Source of the DNA: Lytechinus pictus
Lineage: Eukaryota
Direction of reading: 5' to 3'
Assembly: GCF_037042905.1 (NCBI RefSeq)
Contig: NC_087250.1
Span: forward strand, 21,020,001-21,084,000
DNA length: 64,000 nucleotides
The notes under the pieces: generated by a model
Told to the model about the DNA's origin: nothing
What the model saw: the letters and a program-made list of their open reading frames with translations, nothing else
Database searches by the model: none
Part shown: piece by piece, positions 1 to 12,722 of the stretch
Layout: the number at the start of each line of letters is the position of its first letter
Position numbering within the stretch: the first letter of the stretch is position 1
Program-made: the position numbers and the translations under genes

Positions 1-500
1 CAGCAAGTAGGAAAAAAACAAGAACGACAAAAGAACCAAAAAAAAATCTGCATCTGGTATTAAGTTTAGTTTCACGTTGTATGCTCTGGAAAAACACACT
101 TGATAAAATAGTACAAGCCGTGTTAATGTCAGCACATAATCAGGAATGTGTAGTCCTTGGCTCCAGAGATCGAGTAATGGTCAGAACATATCACATCAGC
201 ATGATGGACACCCATGACTGACTACAATGAGCATGCTTGCACGATGTTGCCTCTTTGTCAGAAATAATATAACAGTCACACATTAGAATTAATAGCAATT
301 TGAGTCCACCTTATCATATCATCCTCATCCCTTACCTCATTATCTTATTCGTAAGTTAATCCAAATAAGATGTTAGGCATCTTTCTTAGGAGCTGGGAGC
401 ACTGATCAATCGATGTGTCTGTTAACATAGTGCACATAATTATATACCCCAATACATTACAATACTTTCTATTGAATAAAATATTAATAATATTTTAATC

Positions 501-557
501 TACATTTAATCCGTTTGCTTTGTACATAATATGTACAAAGCAAACGGATTAAATGTA
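501..557. repeat. Perfect 57-bp palindrome (28-bp arms, 1-nt spacer)
   Basis: tacatttaatccgtttgctttgtacata-a-tatgtacaaagcaaacggattaaatgta; the arms are exact reverse complements. Confidence 0.95.
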
Positions 558-1997
558 TCTTTACATATCAAAGACTGGTAAATTGAAAATTTAAAAAAAA
601 TTGAACTTGAATTGAATTCCTAAATCCAGAAAATCAAGAAACTCGGAAAGAGCTGGTTGCACTTATAACATCATGAAGATGATACGACTTTTAAGGGCAT
701 TAGGGTTTGTCAGGGTCGTTTCAAAGTATTCCTGCAATACCATACCACACTGAATGTATTCGACGTCTATCTCTGTTTATCTATTTTGTTCCTAAATAAG
801 CATATTTGACCCCTTTGTATATAAAATATCTTCTTAGATAGAGACTCAAAATAAAGAACCCACGAAAAATAAGACTTCTAAACTTCTAACCGCTATTAGA
901 CGTGTATTTTGGCCTTCTATAAAGTTTGTTGACCTTTTGACCTTTCCCTGACCTTGTCTTGACCCTTTATATCTTCTGGATAAGGACTTCTGACGATGGA
1001 CTTATCAAAATCGAAAAACAAAAAAGTACACACATGCATAAAAATACGGAAAAAATGAGCTTTCCCAACACTTTCAGTGTAATTGCCATTTAACGAAAGT
1101 TCGTTGACCTTTGAAATTTCCGGTCATAACTTTTTAACGGGAGGTCAAGAGTATATAGTTGTGTACACTTATTTGTTCAGTATAACAAGACAGACAATTT
1201 GATGTGTCATTTGACAGAATTGGGGCAATTTAAAAAAAATTGACCCCTATTGACCTTATTTTGACCCCTAACATGGTCAAGATGACCATTAGAAATTTGT
1301 CACCAAGTTGGAAGTTGTTCCTTGTGATGTCACCCATCACATAAAAGTGAAAAATCAGACTTAGCCAATTTGTCGAAGTAAATTACATATGCTGCCTGAC
1401 TACAAGATAAGTGGGCGTTTTAGTTCTTTGCATTAAACAAGAGAAAAGTTGAACAAAATTGAAAAACCCGCTAAAATCCATACAAAAATGAATCACCCCT
1501 TCTGAAAAAATGTATTTGTTTCTACCGAGACTAGTTGCATATACATGTATACTATAAAATGTTAGGGGGTGATTACATGAGTGTGTGTACGATGCGCGTC
1601 AATAAATCTGTTACATTTTTGGAAAAGCTGTCGAAATGTCGTTTGTTATGATGAGGAAGATGTGTAATACAGAACGTGTTATAGTCTACTTTATCAGATG
1701 ACACTAAAAAGAGCCAATTTTGTTCAGGTATTCCAGATCATCGACCCTTTATTGCCAAAGATGTAAAAAAAAACGGCTACCGCTAAAAGGGAAAATCACA
1801 GAGTAGAAGCAATTGCCTGAATTGGTGCTCCAATTTGTTGCTTGTTCATGTCGTTGCATGCATGGCAAATTGATATTACTGTACGGATCATGTATTATAG
1901 GCATTGATTTTATGTCAAGTCATTGACAAGGTAGAGCAAGAGGATTACCTTTTTATACAAGGATGACATGATAATACATTTTGCTTAAAACATACTC

Positions 1998-2209
1998 CAA
2001 GGGCGTAGGCTGGTTTGAGCATGCTGGGGGATGTACTGCATATCCTGGAGTTGTGGAGCTAAAGTGATATGGGGAGTGCACATCTTGGGGAGTTTGGAAA
2101 ATCAGCTGTTGAAACCATTGAAAGGGATAAAAAATTCGCTTTGCTTCCCAGAGTCGGAAGTCCTCTGCCTTAGCGGGAGGGTGCACGTGCACCCCAGCCT
2201 ACGCCCTTG
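1998..2209. mobile_element. Small MITE, hAT-like ends
   Basis: 16-bp TIR caagggcgtaggctgg / ccagcctacgcccttg; no clear TSD. Confidence 0.65.
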
Positions 2210-3239
2210 CACACAATAAGAACAAGTTAGACATCTTAAATCTAGTCAGTCATAAACATTTCTGAATCAATTATTTCTCATCTGAATAGTTGTCGATGGG
2301 GGCGCTGCTCCCTCCCAGCCCCTCCCCGATTTTGCTCAGGCACTTGTAACATTAAAAAAGTATTATTAATACAATTTGTAATTACCATCAGGGCTTACCA
2401 CACAGTCAAGCAAAAACTTAAAGTGACAACACCTGCAAAGGGTAACTTATTTCATCTTTTGACTGACAGATATTTTGTCATAAACTCTATTCATTTTTTT
2501 GTTAAAACGCTGCAGAAATCAATGAAATGAAACAAAAGGAATTTCTACTAAAAATTGATATTTAGTTGCTGTCCTACATGTATGTCTTTTCTCAGTGTCA
2601 CAACTGACGAGACCTGTCATTAAATCTATATTCATTGCCAGTATTTCCGTTTCATGCCCAGTGAGATCTTGACGGTAAATTAATATCTTTAGCAAAGCGA
2701 GGAACATATATCATAAACAATATAATACTTTATAATATTTCGCAAACAATCTTTGAATGAATGAATGAACTATCAAGAATGAATTCATCAAGAATGAAAA
2801 ATACAATGTACTTTCTTATCTCTGCATTTGTTATACGGAAACCACAAGTATCATGTCATCATTAAAGAGAAGGAAATGTTTAATGAATGGCATATTGAAA
2901 AAAAAACTAATATGTGAGCTCATAGAAATCATCTGTATTTCAATGCAACTTTTTTTTAGGAGAGCGAATGGCTTTTATGTGAATGAAAATAATGTACGCT
3001 TTACTTTATTCACGCTATTTTTTATGGAAAATTACTAATAAAGTGTCACGCCATTTGAGAATGAGGAATTTGATGAAAGAGAAACAAGGGAAAGTGGATG
3101 AGAGGAACTGAGTTTAGGGTGGAAACCTTTCTTTTTTTCTTGAATTAGCAATACAAAGAACATGGAGAAGAAAAGTGAACAACTCTCATGGACTTGAAAT
3201 TCTCACTTTTTTGCTTTCTTTTCTCACAAAATGAGAGAT

Positions 3240-5460
3240 TCGAATGAATAAAAAAATGAGAATAATCATCATTTTTTACGCAAGGTACTAGATATTGGAT
3301 TGATAGGATTAAAGATATCTCAAAATGAACGTTAAGTACAAGTTCTTTTTTCTGGATTTTTTCAGTTAGGCCATATATAGTTCTTTTGCATCGACTTTTT
3401 CAAACAAAAGAGGAAAAAATTATAAATAATTGTTTGATTGAAATGTAGATGCAGAAGAAAGGCGAAGAGGAAGATGGAAAACTGAATTTTATTTGTAATT
3501 AATTAAAGTCCATTGTTTTTGTTTAGTTTTATAGGACCTAAAAAAGTCAAGGAATGTCGAGAAAAATTTATAGAAGGTACAATTTTTTCCCTTTTTCTTG
3601 CTTGATATGATCTTCTTAACTTTTGCCGTGCCAATTATATGGAAACTAAGAATGAAAGGGTGAAAATCACAATTCTCTTTCATATGTCTTGCTCTAATAC
3701 AGCATTTGTCTGATATATACATACTGTATATGTATCTGTAATCGAAGTGAAATTTCGAATGTCAGAAAGAAGGAAGGGATGTTGACCACTTTTTTTTCTT
3801 GTTTACAGCATTACCATAAATAAGAGTCAATGCATAAAATATGAAAATGAAATGCATATAACGTGCTTTCTCATTTCTTGCATGGATGAGGGAGAGAAAA
3901 GTAAAGATAAACCTAAATAACAAGTTTTATAAATTATGCCACGACTGGAGTCATAGTAATGCAGGATTTACCTTCCTCTCGTCTTTAAACTTTGATCACT
4001 AAGTTTTCCGAAGTATTCAGTCTTTTAAAACAGAAAAAAATATTGCAAGAGTCTCGAAGAATAGGGAAAATGCATCTGTTTATGCAACAGAAACAAGAAG
4101 AGCAAAATAATATGATACAAAGCCCACATTGCTCTCTCTCTCTCTCTTTCCTGCTAGTTGAATATTCTACATGTAACAATGCAACAAGAATAAAATATGT
4201 AGGAGAAATAATGTATTTATTCATATTTCTCAAATATGAAGGGCTCGTCAGTATTCGACATTTGAGGCTTAACTTATTCATAAAGAATATATTGACGAAT
4301 CCGCCATATTTTCTGATGGCGTTCAAGTTTCATGGTGTTTTTTTTTTCTAATGAAGAAACATGGAATGAGAATCATCATCTTTACGAAAGGTACAAGATA
4401 CTGGATTGATAAGATTGAAGATGTATCAAAATGAACGTAAAGTACAAGTTCCTTTTTCCTTTTTTGTTTCTTTCACTGAGACCATACAATTCTTAAGCAT
4501 CTATTTTTTCAAACTGAAGAGGAAAACAATATAAATAATTGTACAATTGAAAGGTCGATGCAAAAGAAAGGCGAAGAAGGGTAAAGGAAAACCGAATTTT
4601 ATTTTTATTTAATTAAAGTCATTTTTTTTCTTTTCAGTTTTATGGAATATAAAAAAGCCAAGGAATGTCGTGCAAAATTATGTACATTCATCTGATTTCT
4701 TGCTTAGTTTGATCGTTTTGACTTTTCTGCCAATTGTATTGAGAATAGGGATGTAAAAAGCACAACCCTCCTATATATGTCTGCTCTAATGATACCATTT
4801 TCAGATTTTTTTTTGTTTTCTGATCGAAGTGATAACTTTGAATGTCGGAAAAGGGGAAGGGGAGTTGATTTTTTTTCAATTCTTTTTTACATCATTAACA
4901 AAAATAAGAGTGAAATCATAAAATATGTAAATGAAATGCATATAAGGTGCTCATTTCTCATTTGGATGAGAGAGGAAAAAGGGTGTTTTTTAGCGTAAAA
5001 TGTCATCCAGCTTATACAGGTTTTATAAGTTAGGAATGTTCATGCCATGTCGGTACGTGATACTAATGGAGGATTTTCTCTCCTCTCTTCTTTTAAACTT
5101 TGACTGCTAAGTTTTCCAAAGTGCTCAGTTTTTTTAAAACAGAAAAATTGTTGCATGAGACACGATGAATGGAAAAAAAACAACATTTCATCTGTTTATG
5201 AAACCAAAATAAGGAGAAGAGCGAAATGATATACAATTAAAGCCCTCTTTTTCCTCTCTCTTTCCTGCTCGATGAATATTCTACATGTAACAATAAAACA
5301 AGAACAATAAGTAGGAAAAATTATGGATTTGTTTATATTTCTTAAATAGAGGTTTCGTCTGCATTCGATATTTGATTCGTAACCTATTTTTAAAGAATAT
5401 ATTAATGATTCCATTATATTTTCTGATGGAGTTCGAGTTTTAAGGGTTTTTTTGGTTCTC
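3240..5460. repeat. Diverged tandem duplication, about 1.1-kb period
   Basis: Shared anchors: aaggtac.agata.tggattgata (~3281 / ~4388), aagaaaggcgaaga (~3454 / ~4564), atattttctgatgg (~4306 / ~5416). Confidence 0.85.
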
Positions 5461-5709
5461 TAAAAATCTCCAATCAATGTAGCTGATTTATTTTGAAAGC
5501 TAAGAAAAAAGAAAGAAACTTTGTCACTCTTAGGTAGGATCATTTTATTATGATAATTTCTTTTTGCTACTGATTATAAATGTGAACACGAATTATGTGG
5601 TTTTTCTAGCAGAGTCTCCGTTCGGGGAGGTCATGTTTTGATTTAATACGCACTCTTACAACATGAACAATCTGTCATAATTGGCTTTATGTCTGTATAT
5701 ACATGTATG

Positions 5710-7167
5710 CACTGGCGTAAATCCCGGGGGGGATGGGGGGGATATATCCCCCCCACTTTTCGAGGAGGGGGGAATGGCCTGTACAAACATCCCCCCCACT
5801 TTTTACGAAAGAAATGAAAAAAAATCACAAAAGATAATTGTTTTATTGGTAAAAATTCTTCCAAAAATACCGCTTAACAAATAAAATAATAATATTGAAT
5901 CATAAAATGCAAATAAATAGCCAGTTCACCATTTCCAAACGAAATACTTGTGTCTTTATTATAACACTGAAGAGAAACCCCCGTTTCTTCCAATTCATCA
6001 ATGTTGGGGTCTTTGGGAAGGGATTAAGATGGAATGTCAAAAATTTGTTGAATGTTATCTTTAATAAAACCATTAAACCATCATGGGGTAAAAAAGATAA
6101 TAATATTGGAGGGGTATTTGCCATATGGACATACAGTGGCGTAACTACGGGGGACATGGGGGGCACATCCCCCCCCCCCCCCCATCGGCTGACCAAAACA
6201 AAAACGGGGAAAGGGGGAAAAGGAGAAAAGAGGGAGAAAGGAAGAGAAGCGTATAGTGGGAAAGAAGAAAATATTATTCATTATAATGTTATATTATAAT
6301 TATGTTATGTTACATTACATAAGAAACATTTTTATCATAACTTCATGAAACATAATTTGCCCAGGGCCTACGTATTCATTGTTCCTGGTGCTTGCATTGT
6401 CTGTTAACGAGATATATAATCCTGTTGTACTGAAACATCCCGTTTTCAAGTCAATATAAACCAAATATATTTCCTAGCACTTGAGTCATTGTTTTATGTA
6501 GTGACATATGGTTCTTTTTCATGACTCAAAAAGTGATTGCCCCATGTTAAGGTCTTCGTATATATGAAACATTCCTGTCCGTGATTACGTTCGCATTAGT
6601 GGATTGGTGAGATATGAATGCTCTTCATGAATTCCTAAAATCAGTCCTTAAAATGTCCCTTCTTCTGATCTGAATATCAAAAATTTTCAGCTCGCGCTTC
6701 GCGCTCGCATCATTTGGTTAATGAAATACGTATGGTCCTAGTTAATTCCTACAAAGAAACCTTAGAATGCCCCACTTCAGGTCTGAATTATCTAAGTTTT
6801 CAGCTCGCGCTTCGCGCTCGCATTGTTAAGCGAGACAGGTACCTATCATGATTGCACAAATTTGATTATAATGTCCCTTTTTAGGTGTGAATATAAAAAA
6901 AATTCAGCTCGCGCTTCGCGCTCGCATTATTTGATCAGTGAGATACATATCCGTTTAATGACATTGTCCTTAAAATGTCTCTATTAGGTCACTCACTCAG
7001 TCATTCAAAAATTTTGCTGGTGCCCCCCCCCCCCAATGCCGTGACCCACGGTCGCCACTGTGGACATATCAATGACAATTCCTTGCATATCTAAAAACAT
7101 GATTGCAAAAAAATTCCAAAATATTTCAGTCATCCCCCCCACCCATCAACACGGATTTACGCCAGTG
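5710..7167. mobile_element. hAT-type MITE (outer)
   Basis: TIR cactggcgtaaatcc / ggatttacgccagtg; 8-bp TSD CATGTATG at 5702-5709 and 7168-7175. Confidence 0.9.
6134..7060. mobile_element. hAT-type MITE nested in the previous MITE
   Basis: Ends cagtggcg / cgccactg; 8-bp TSD TGGACATA at 6126-6133 and 7061-7068; three internal ttcagctcgcgcttcgcgctcgcat motifs. Confidence 0.9.
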
Positions 7168-7172
7168 CATGT

Positions 7173-8698
7173 ATGTATCTATATGAAGTGTTACTTGTAG
7201 AACGTTATAATTTATATCAAGCAATTCCCCTTTTGGGGAATGCACAGGCATCTTTGGCGACTTGTTTTGCAATGTTAATAGTCTACATTGTCTTGTTTTT
7301 TCAAGGTACTTTATTAACAAACACAATTATGATAGGAGTGTTAAGAGGTCATGTTTTATCTGCCTTATTTCAAATCCTAATGATATACGACAAGTGCTTA
7401 TCACTTTTTTTCAATGACAATACTTCACAGATTGGGAGTAGGCCTCTGAAAGGTATTCATGCACAAAGAATAGATTTTGAGAGTTCAGTAATTTGTATAC
7501 CCATATTGGAAGTCAGTAGGCCTATAGTTTCTTTTCATATGCAGCCTCTGGTTTTAATGCAAATACAGCATGTTCTTCTCAGTATGTACGTCAGTTTAGT
7601 CGGTATTCATGTTATTCGAACGGTTGTTGTGTCTATACATTTACATTCTCATGATAACGCATATTACGGAAAAGATACGATAATTCGACCGGGTGATTTT
7701 ATAGTGTATTCTAGTAGAACGATTCTTTTTCTTATGCTAATTTTTAGCAACCGAAAGGAAATTTGCAGGAATCTAATTATGTATAGACACTTGATAAAAA
7801 GTGTTAGCTTGAATCCACCTCTTCTGGAATTTGATACATTCTTTACCGGTTTCGATTATCACGATGATAAGGTATATTATCTTTCACGAATTTTTTGGCT
7901 TTCAGTAAACTGTAAAGTCTGTAAACAATTCTTGCACACAAAATTCTTTGGACATGATATAAATACAGTTTGTTTTTTGTTTACATGTTTGAATGAATGG
8001 GATTTTTTACATTGGCTTCAAAGCTCTAATACGCAAAAGATACTCGAGGTCTTTAAATAGCATTCTTACACAGTCATTCGACTGTCGAGTTTTTCAATTA
8101 TTCAAATACCGCATTGTGATAATGGTATGCATTGTATGATATGTCAATTAAAGATGTTTCTCAATATCGAAGCCATGGTTCTTTCACAAGCGTTACATAA
8201 TCAAATAGGAGTTGATTATGCAGTTAGGGTTTGGATAATTCGGCGAATAGGCTTGTTATGCATGCTATCTCAAGTTTTTTACCGCCATCTCTTAAGATAT
8301 TTTAATACACCTTTGATTTATATTCAAATACTCCTTTTTCCAGTAGAAAGAATTTTTGAATTCCTTGTTACACAAATCACACAAAAAATTGCAAATGTTT
8401 TAATTGGGACTATAAGTCGGTCATTCATTGCGCATGCTTCCGGGTTTATGTTTTTTACAAGGTCCATTTTCATGTTAAATCCTTCTTTAATTGCGATACT
8501 CTTGCCTTGACCATGATGACCTTGTTGAAACGTATTCTCTTTGAATTATTCATGTTCACGAGATATTCTTTGCCATGGCTTTCCATTCGGGTAAACTTTC
8601 CTATTTTCATTACCCCGTATTTGTTATTCCTACGTACAAAACTTCGCTTTTGTAAATCCGGCTTTATGAGGTTGACAAATCAGGATGTCATATTTTAA
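7173..8698 (+). pseudogene. Hydrophobic reading frame upstream of LINE ORF2, function unknown
   Basis: 7173-8060 (295 aa) and 8127-8510 are in the same frame, separated by a single TAG; a similar hydrophobic frame continues at 8507-8698. Confidence 0.5.
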
Positions 8699-8718
8699 TG
8701 ATTATTAAATAAACAAAG

Positions 8719-11700
8719 TTGAAATTTCTGTCGCTAAATGTAAGAGGTATTAGATCCAATTTTAAAAGGAATAAAGTTTTTCATTGGCTGGAAGATATTA
8801 ATGCAGATGTGATATTCATGCAGGAGACATATAGCTCTGATGATATAACTAATCTTTGGTCGTCTCAATGGAAAGGGGACATTGTATTTTCCCACGGGTC
8901 CCGTCATAGTTGTGGAGTAACTATACTTTTTAAATATGACTTGAACTATACAATTTTATACAAGCAAATTTCGAGTAAAGGAAGGTTTATCCTTTTATGG
9001 GTTAATATAGATAATAATGAATGTATTTTATTGAACATATATTTACCCACGGCAGATAAACACGCAGATCAAAAACAATTCTTCAAGAAAATAAATGATA
9101 ATTTGCTATTAATAAACAACATAAAAACTATACCGCTGGTGATTAGGGGAGATTTTAATACCATGTTAGATGTAGATTTGGATAGAATGGGTGGAAACCC
9201 TCACCTCCATAATGATATAGTGATACTATTAATGAGATACAAAATAATTTTGATTTAGTTGATATTTGGAGATTAAGGAATCCGTTATTGAGGAGATACA
9301 CTTAGCGGCAATGCCATCCGTTAATACAAAGTAGACTTGATCTTTGGTTTATTTCTGATAATCTACAAGATTTCATACAAAAAACTGATATTATACCCGG
9401 TATGAGTTCAGATCATTCTGCAATTATACTTATTATCAAATTATCACAAAAGAAACGACCTTTGTCAATCAACTGGAAATTTAATAATAGTCTATTAGAT
9501 GATGGACAGTTTCATGTAGAAATGTCTGCAAATATAGACAATTGGATAATCGAATCAGTTCAATTTGAAGACATACGTATGAGATGGGAATTTCCAAAAT
9601 ATAACATCCGTTTATTCTCTAGGAAATATAGTATAAATAGAGCTAAAATTTTAAGAGAGCAAAAAAAGGAGTTAGATGGGAAATTAAAACATCTTCAGAA
9701 TTTGGTAGATAAAGATGGTGAAAAATATGTTGACGAATATGAAAGGGCTAAGCTAGATTATGAAGCGCACATGGACCGTATAACTCATGGCATAATAATC
9801 CGGTCCCGCGCCATCTGGGTAGAATATGGAGAGAAAAACTGCAAATTCTTTTTAAACTTGGAAAAGGCCAACAAGGCAAGATCAACAATAAACAGACTAA
9901 AAGTAGGGGATGAAATTTTAACCGATACTTTGAAAGTGAATACTCGTATTAAGAATTTCTATGCAAACTTATATAAAACAGAACACCCCAAATCGTTTAG
10001 TAACTGTAAGTTTTTGGAGTCAAATTGTATACCCAAGTTATCGCCGAACCAGCGTGACTTATGCGAGAAAGAATTAACTCTTTCGGAATGCACTTCTTCT
10101 CTATTTGCCATGGCCAAGAACAAATCACCCGGTAACGACGGAATAACCGTCGAATTTTATTGTCATTTTCGAAGCAAACTTGGACCGTTGGTCGTAGATA
10201 CTCTTAATTATAGTTTTGAACGAGGAATGATGTCTACGCCACAGAGGAAGGTATAATTACACTAATAGCAAAAAAAAAAGGATAAAATGTTTATAGAAAA
10301 TTATAGGCCTATAACTCTCTTAAATGTTGATATCAAGATCGGCTCCAAAGCCTTAGCACAGAGACTGAAAAATATTTTACCATCTATCATTCACCCTGAT
10401 CAAGTAGCTTTTGTTAAAGATAGATACATAGGTGAAGCCGTGAGAACAGTACTTGAGACAATGGTCTATTATAATACTAGCCTTAAGCGTTTGGGCCGTA
10501 TTTTATTAAGCCTCGATTTTAAAAAAGCATTCGACCCATTGAACCACCAATTTTTGTCAGAAGTTTTGAAATATTTTAACTTTGGGAATAATTTTTGCAA
10601 TTTTGTCAATGTTCTTTACAAAAGTATTGAAAGCTGTGTGATGAACAATAACGTTTCCACTGTATATTTTGCGGTAGGAAAAGGAATACGACAGGGGGAT
10701 CTTCTATCTCCATATCTTTTTATGTTAGCTATAGAAACGCTAGCCATAAACATAAGAAAAAATGAAAACATTCAAGGCATAAAATTAAAAATTACTCATG
10801 AAATTAGGTTGTCTATGTACGCCGATATATGACATAACGGTGTATTTATCAAACTTTGAGTCGTATCATCACCTCACGGAAGCTCTAAATGATTTTCAAT
10901 TATGTTCCTCACGCTCACTGAATTATGATAAGACAAAAGCAATGTTTATAGGACAATTCAGTTTGCTAACCCATCTGTACCAATAGATATAAAAAAAATT
11001 ACGTTTTGACAATTCTTGGAATCAACATCTCTTATTCTTTTGAGGATAGAAGGGCGCAATTACAAAGAATTTTATCCAACATTAAATCTCAACTAAATAT
11101 ATGGAAGGCCAGGAATTTATCATTATACGGGAAAATCCAAATTGTGAAAACTTTTGCTACATATCAGCTGTTATATGCAGCCAGCATATTATCTATACCT
11201 TATCCATTTATTCATAAGGTGAACACATAACTGTATGAATTTATTTGGGGTGGTCCTGATAGAGTAAAACGTGAAGTGTTGGTTAAAGAATACGATGACG
11301 TGGGGTTAACGATGACTTGCATCAAATCGATTATTCAAGCTCAGAAAATTAAATGGGTTTCGAAATTTTTCTCCTCAACTTTGAAGGGCTGGAAAGATAT
11401 ATGTATAGAATTGTTGTCACCTGTCGGTGGAGAATACATTTTAATTGTAATTTTGATATGAAATATTTGAATATTGAAATGTCAAATTGGTTGATGGACA
11501 TTTTACAAACATGGTGTTTATTGGAAAGGAAAATAGATATTACAAATGAGTTTATATGGAACAATCAATATATCACATTTAAAGGAAAATCTATTTATAA
11601 ACCAAACAAAGAAAAGGGATTCACTAAAATTACTGATATGTTAAATGAATTTGGACGCCCACTACGCTGGAGGGAAGTGAAAGAAAATGGGTTAAAGTTT

Positions 11701-12470
11701 ACTGAGTATTTTGAATTGTTAGATTGCTATAAAATAATGCCAGTGAAATGGAAAGTTTTCTTTTTACAACAAAACTACCATCATCTTGTAAAAGAAACTG
11801 GGGATTTCCCTTCTCCGCTTTTATGTGAATCTACATTTAGACAAATTCAGAATATATCGACAAAGCAATTTTATCGCACTTTTTTAATATCAATAACTCC
11901 GAAACCTCCAAGTTGTTTACTCGCTTTAATCAACTTTACAACATCGACAAGCTGCAGACTTCCAAATCGTTCACTCTTCCATTACGAATCACTATTGACA
12001 CCTGACTTCGAATCACACACTATAACAATTTAAATAACTTAATACCGACAAATGAATGGCTCACAAAAATAGGATAGAAAACCAATGCATTATGCTCTTT
12101 CTGCAATGCGACACCCGAGATATTGGATCATTTGTTTTTTGCATGCCCTAAAATAGCATCCAATTGGAATGCGTTGCGTATGAGAGTGACTGATTTTAAT
12201 CCTAATTATTTCCTTTCACGAGATACTATTTTATTTGGATTACTACAACCATTGAGTCAATCCACCTTAGCATTTAATTTTATAATTTTACTTGGTAAAC
12301 AATTCATTTCGCGATGTAAATATCAAGAGACTCTCCCTAGTTTGAAACAATTTAATTATCATCTTATAAAGTTACTGAGGAAATTATTGCAAAAAAGAAA
12401 AACAAACTCAATAAACACAATGTAAAATGGCAAAACATAAACAAATATTTTTCCATTGCAGAAATTGTAA
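8719..12470 (+). pseudogene. LINE ORF2 (AP endonuclease, reverse transcriptase, C-terminal Cys/His motif), with frameshifts and stops
   Basis: SLNVRG, MQETY, GDFN, SDHSAI (APE); KSPGNDG, YRPITLLNVD, LDFKKAFD, GIRQGDLLSPYLF, YAD (RT); DHLFFAC. Confidence 0.95.
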
Positions 12471-12610
12471 CCACTGTAGATTAGTATTTGTGTTAATCAT
12501 CTTTTTGTGAGTTTGTTTTATCTTCTGTTCATCTTGTAGTGGTGTTTTTAATGTCATACTTTCAGTCATGTTAATCATGTTAATACATGAAAATGTCATA
12601 TTTTTTTATT

Positions 12611-12722
12611 GGGTAGCGCTATACCCCGGCGATGCCGCCGGGACGACAGTTGACCGAAGGGTATTACTGTACCCCTTTTCTTCTTCGGTTAATGGATCGT
12701 CCTGTCGGCAGGACTAGGGTAC
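12611..12722 (+). other. GC-rich stem-loop in the LINE 3' UTR
   Basis: tgccgccgggacga pairs with tcgtcctgtcggca; ttgaccgaag pairs with cttcggttaa; inner gggta/taccc hairpin. Confidence 0.7.

Noticed and set aside
3985..4351. Overlapping 113/119-aa ORFs
   Set aside because: No motifs, and the frame is not preserved in the tandem duplicate at ~5.1-5.45 kb
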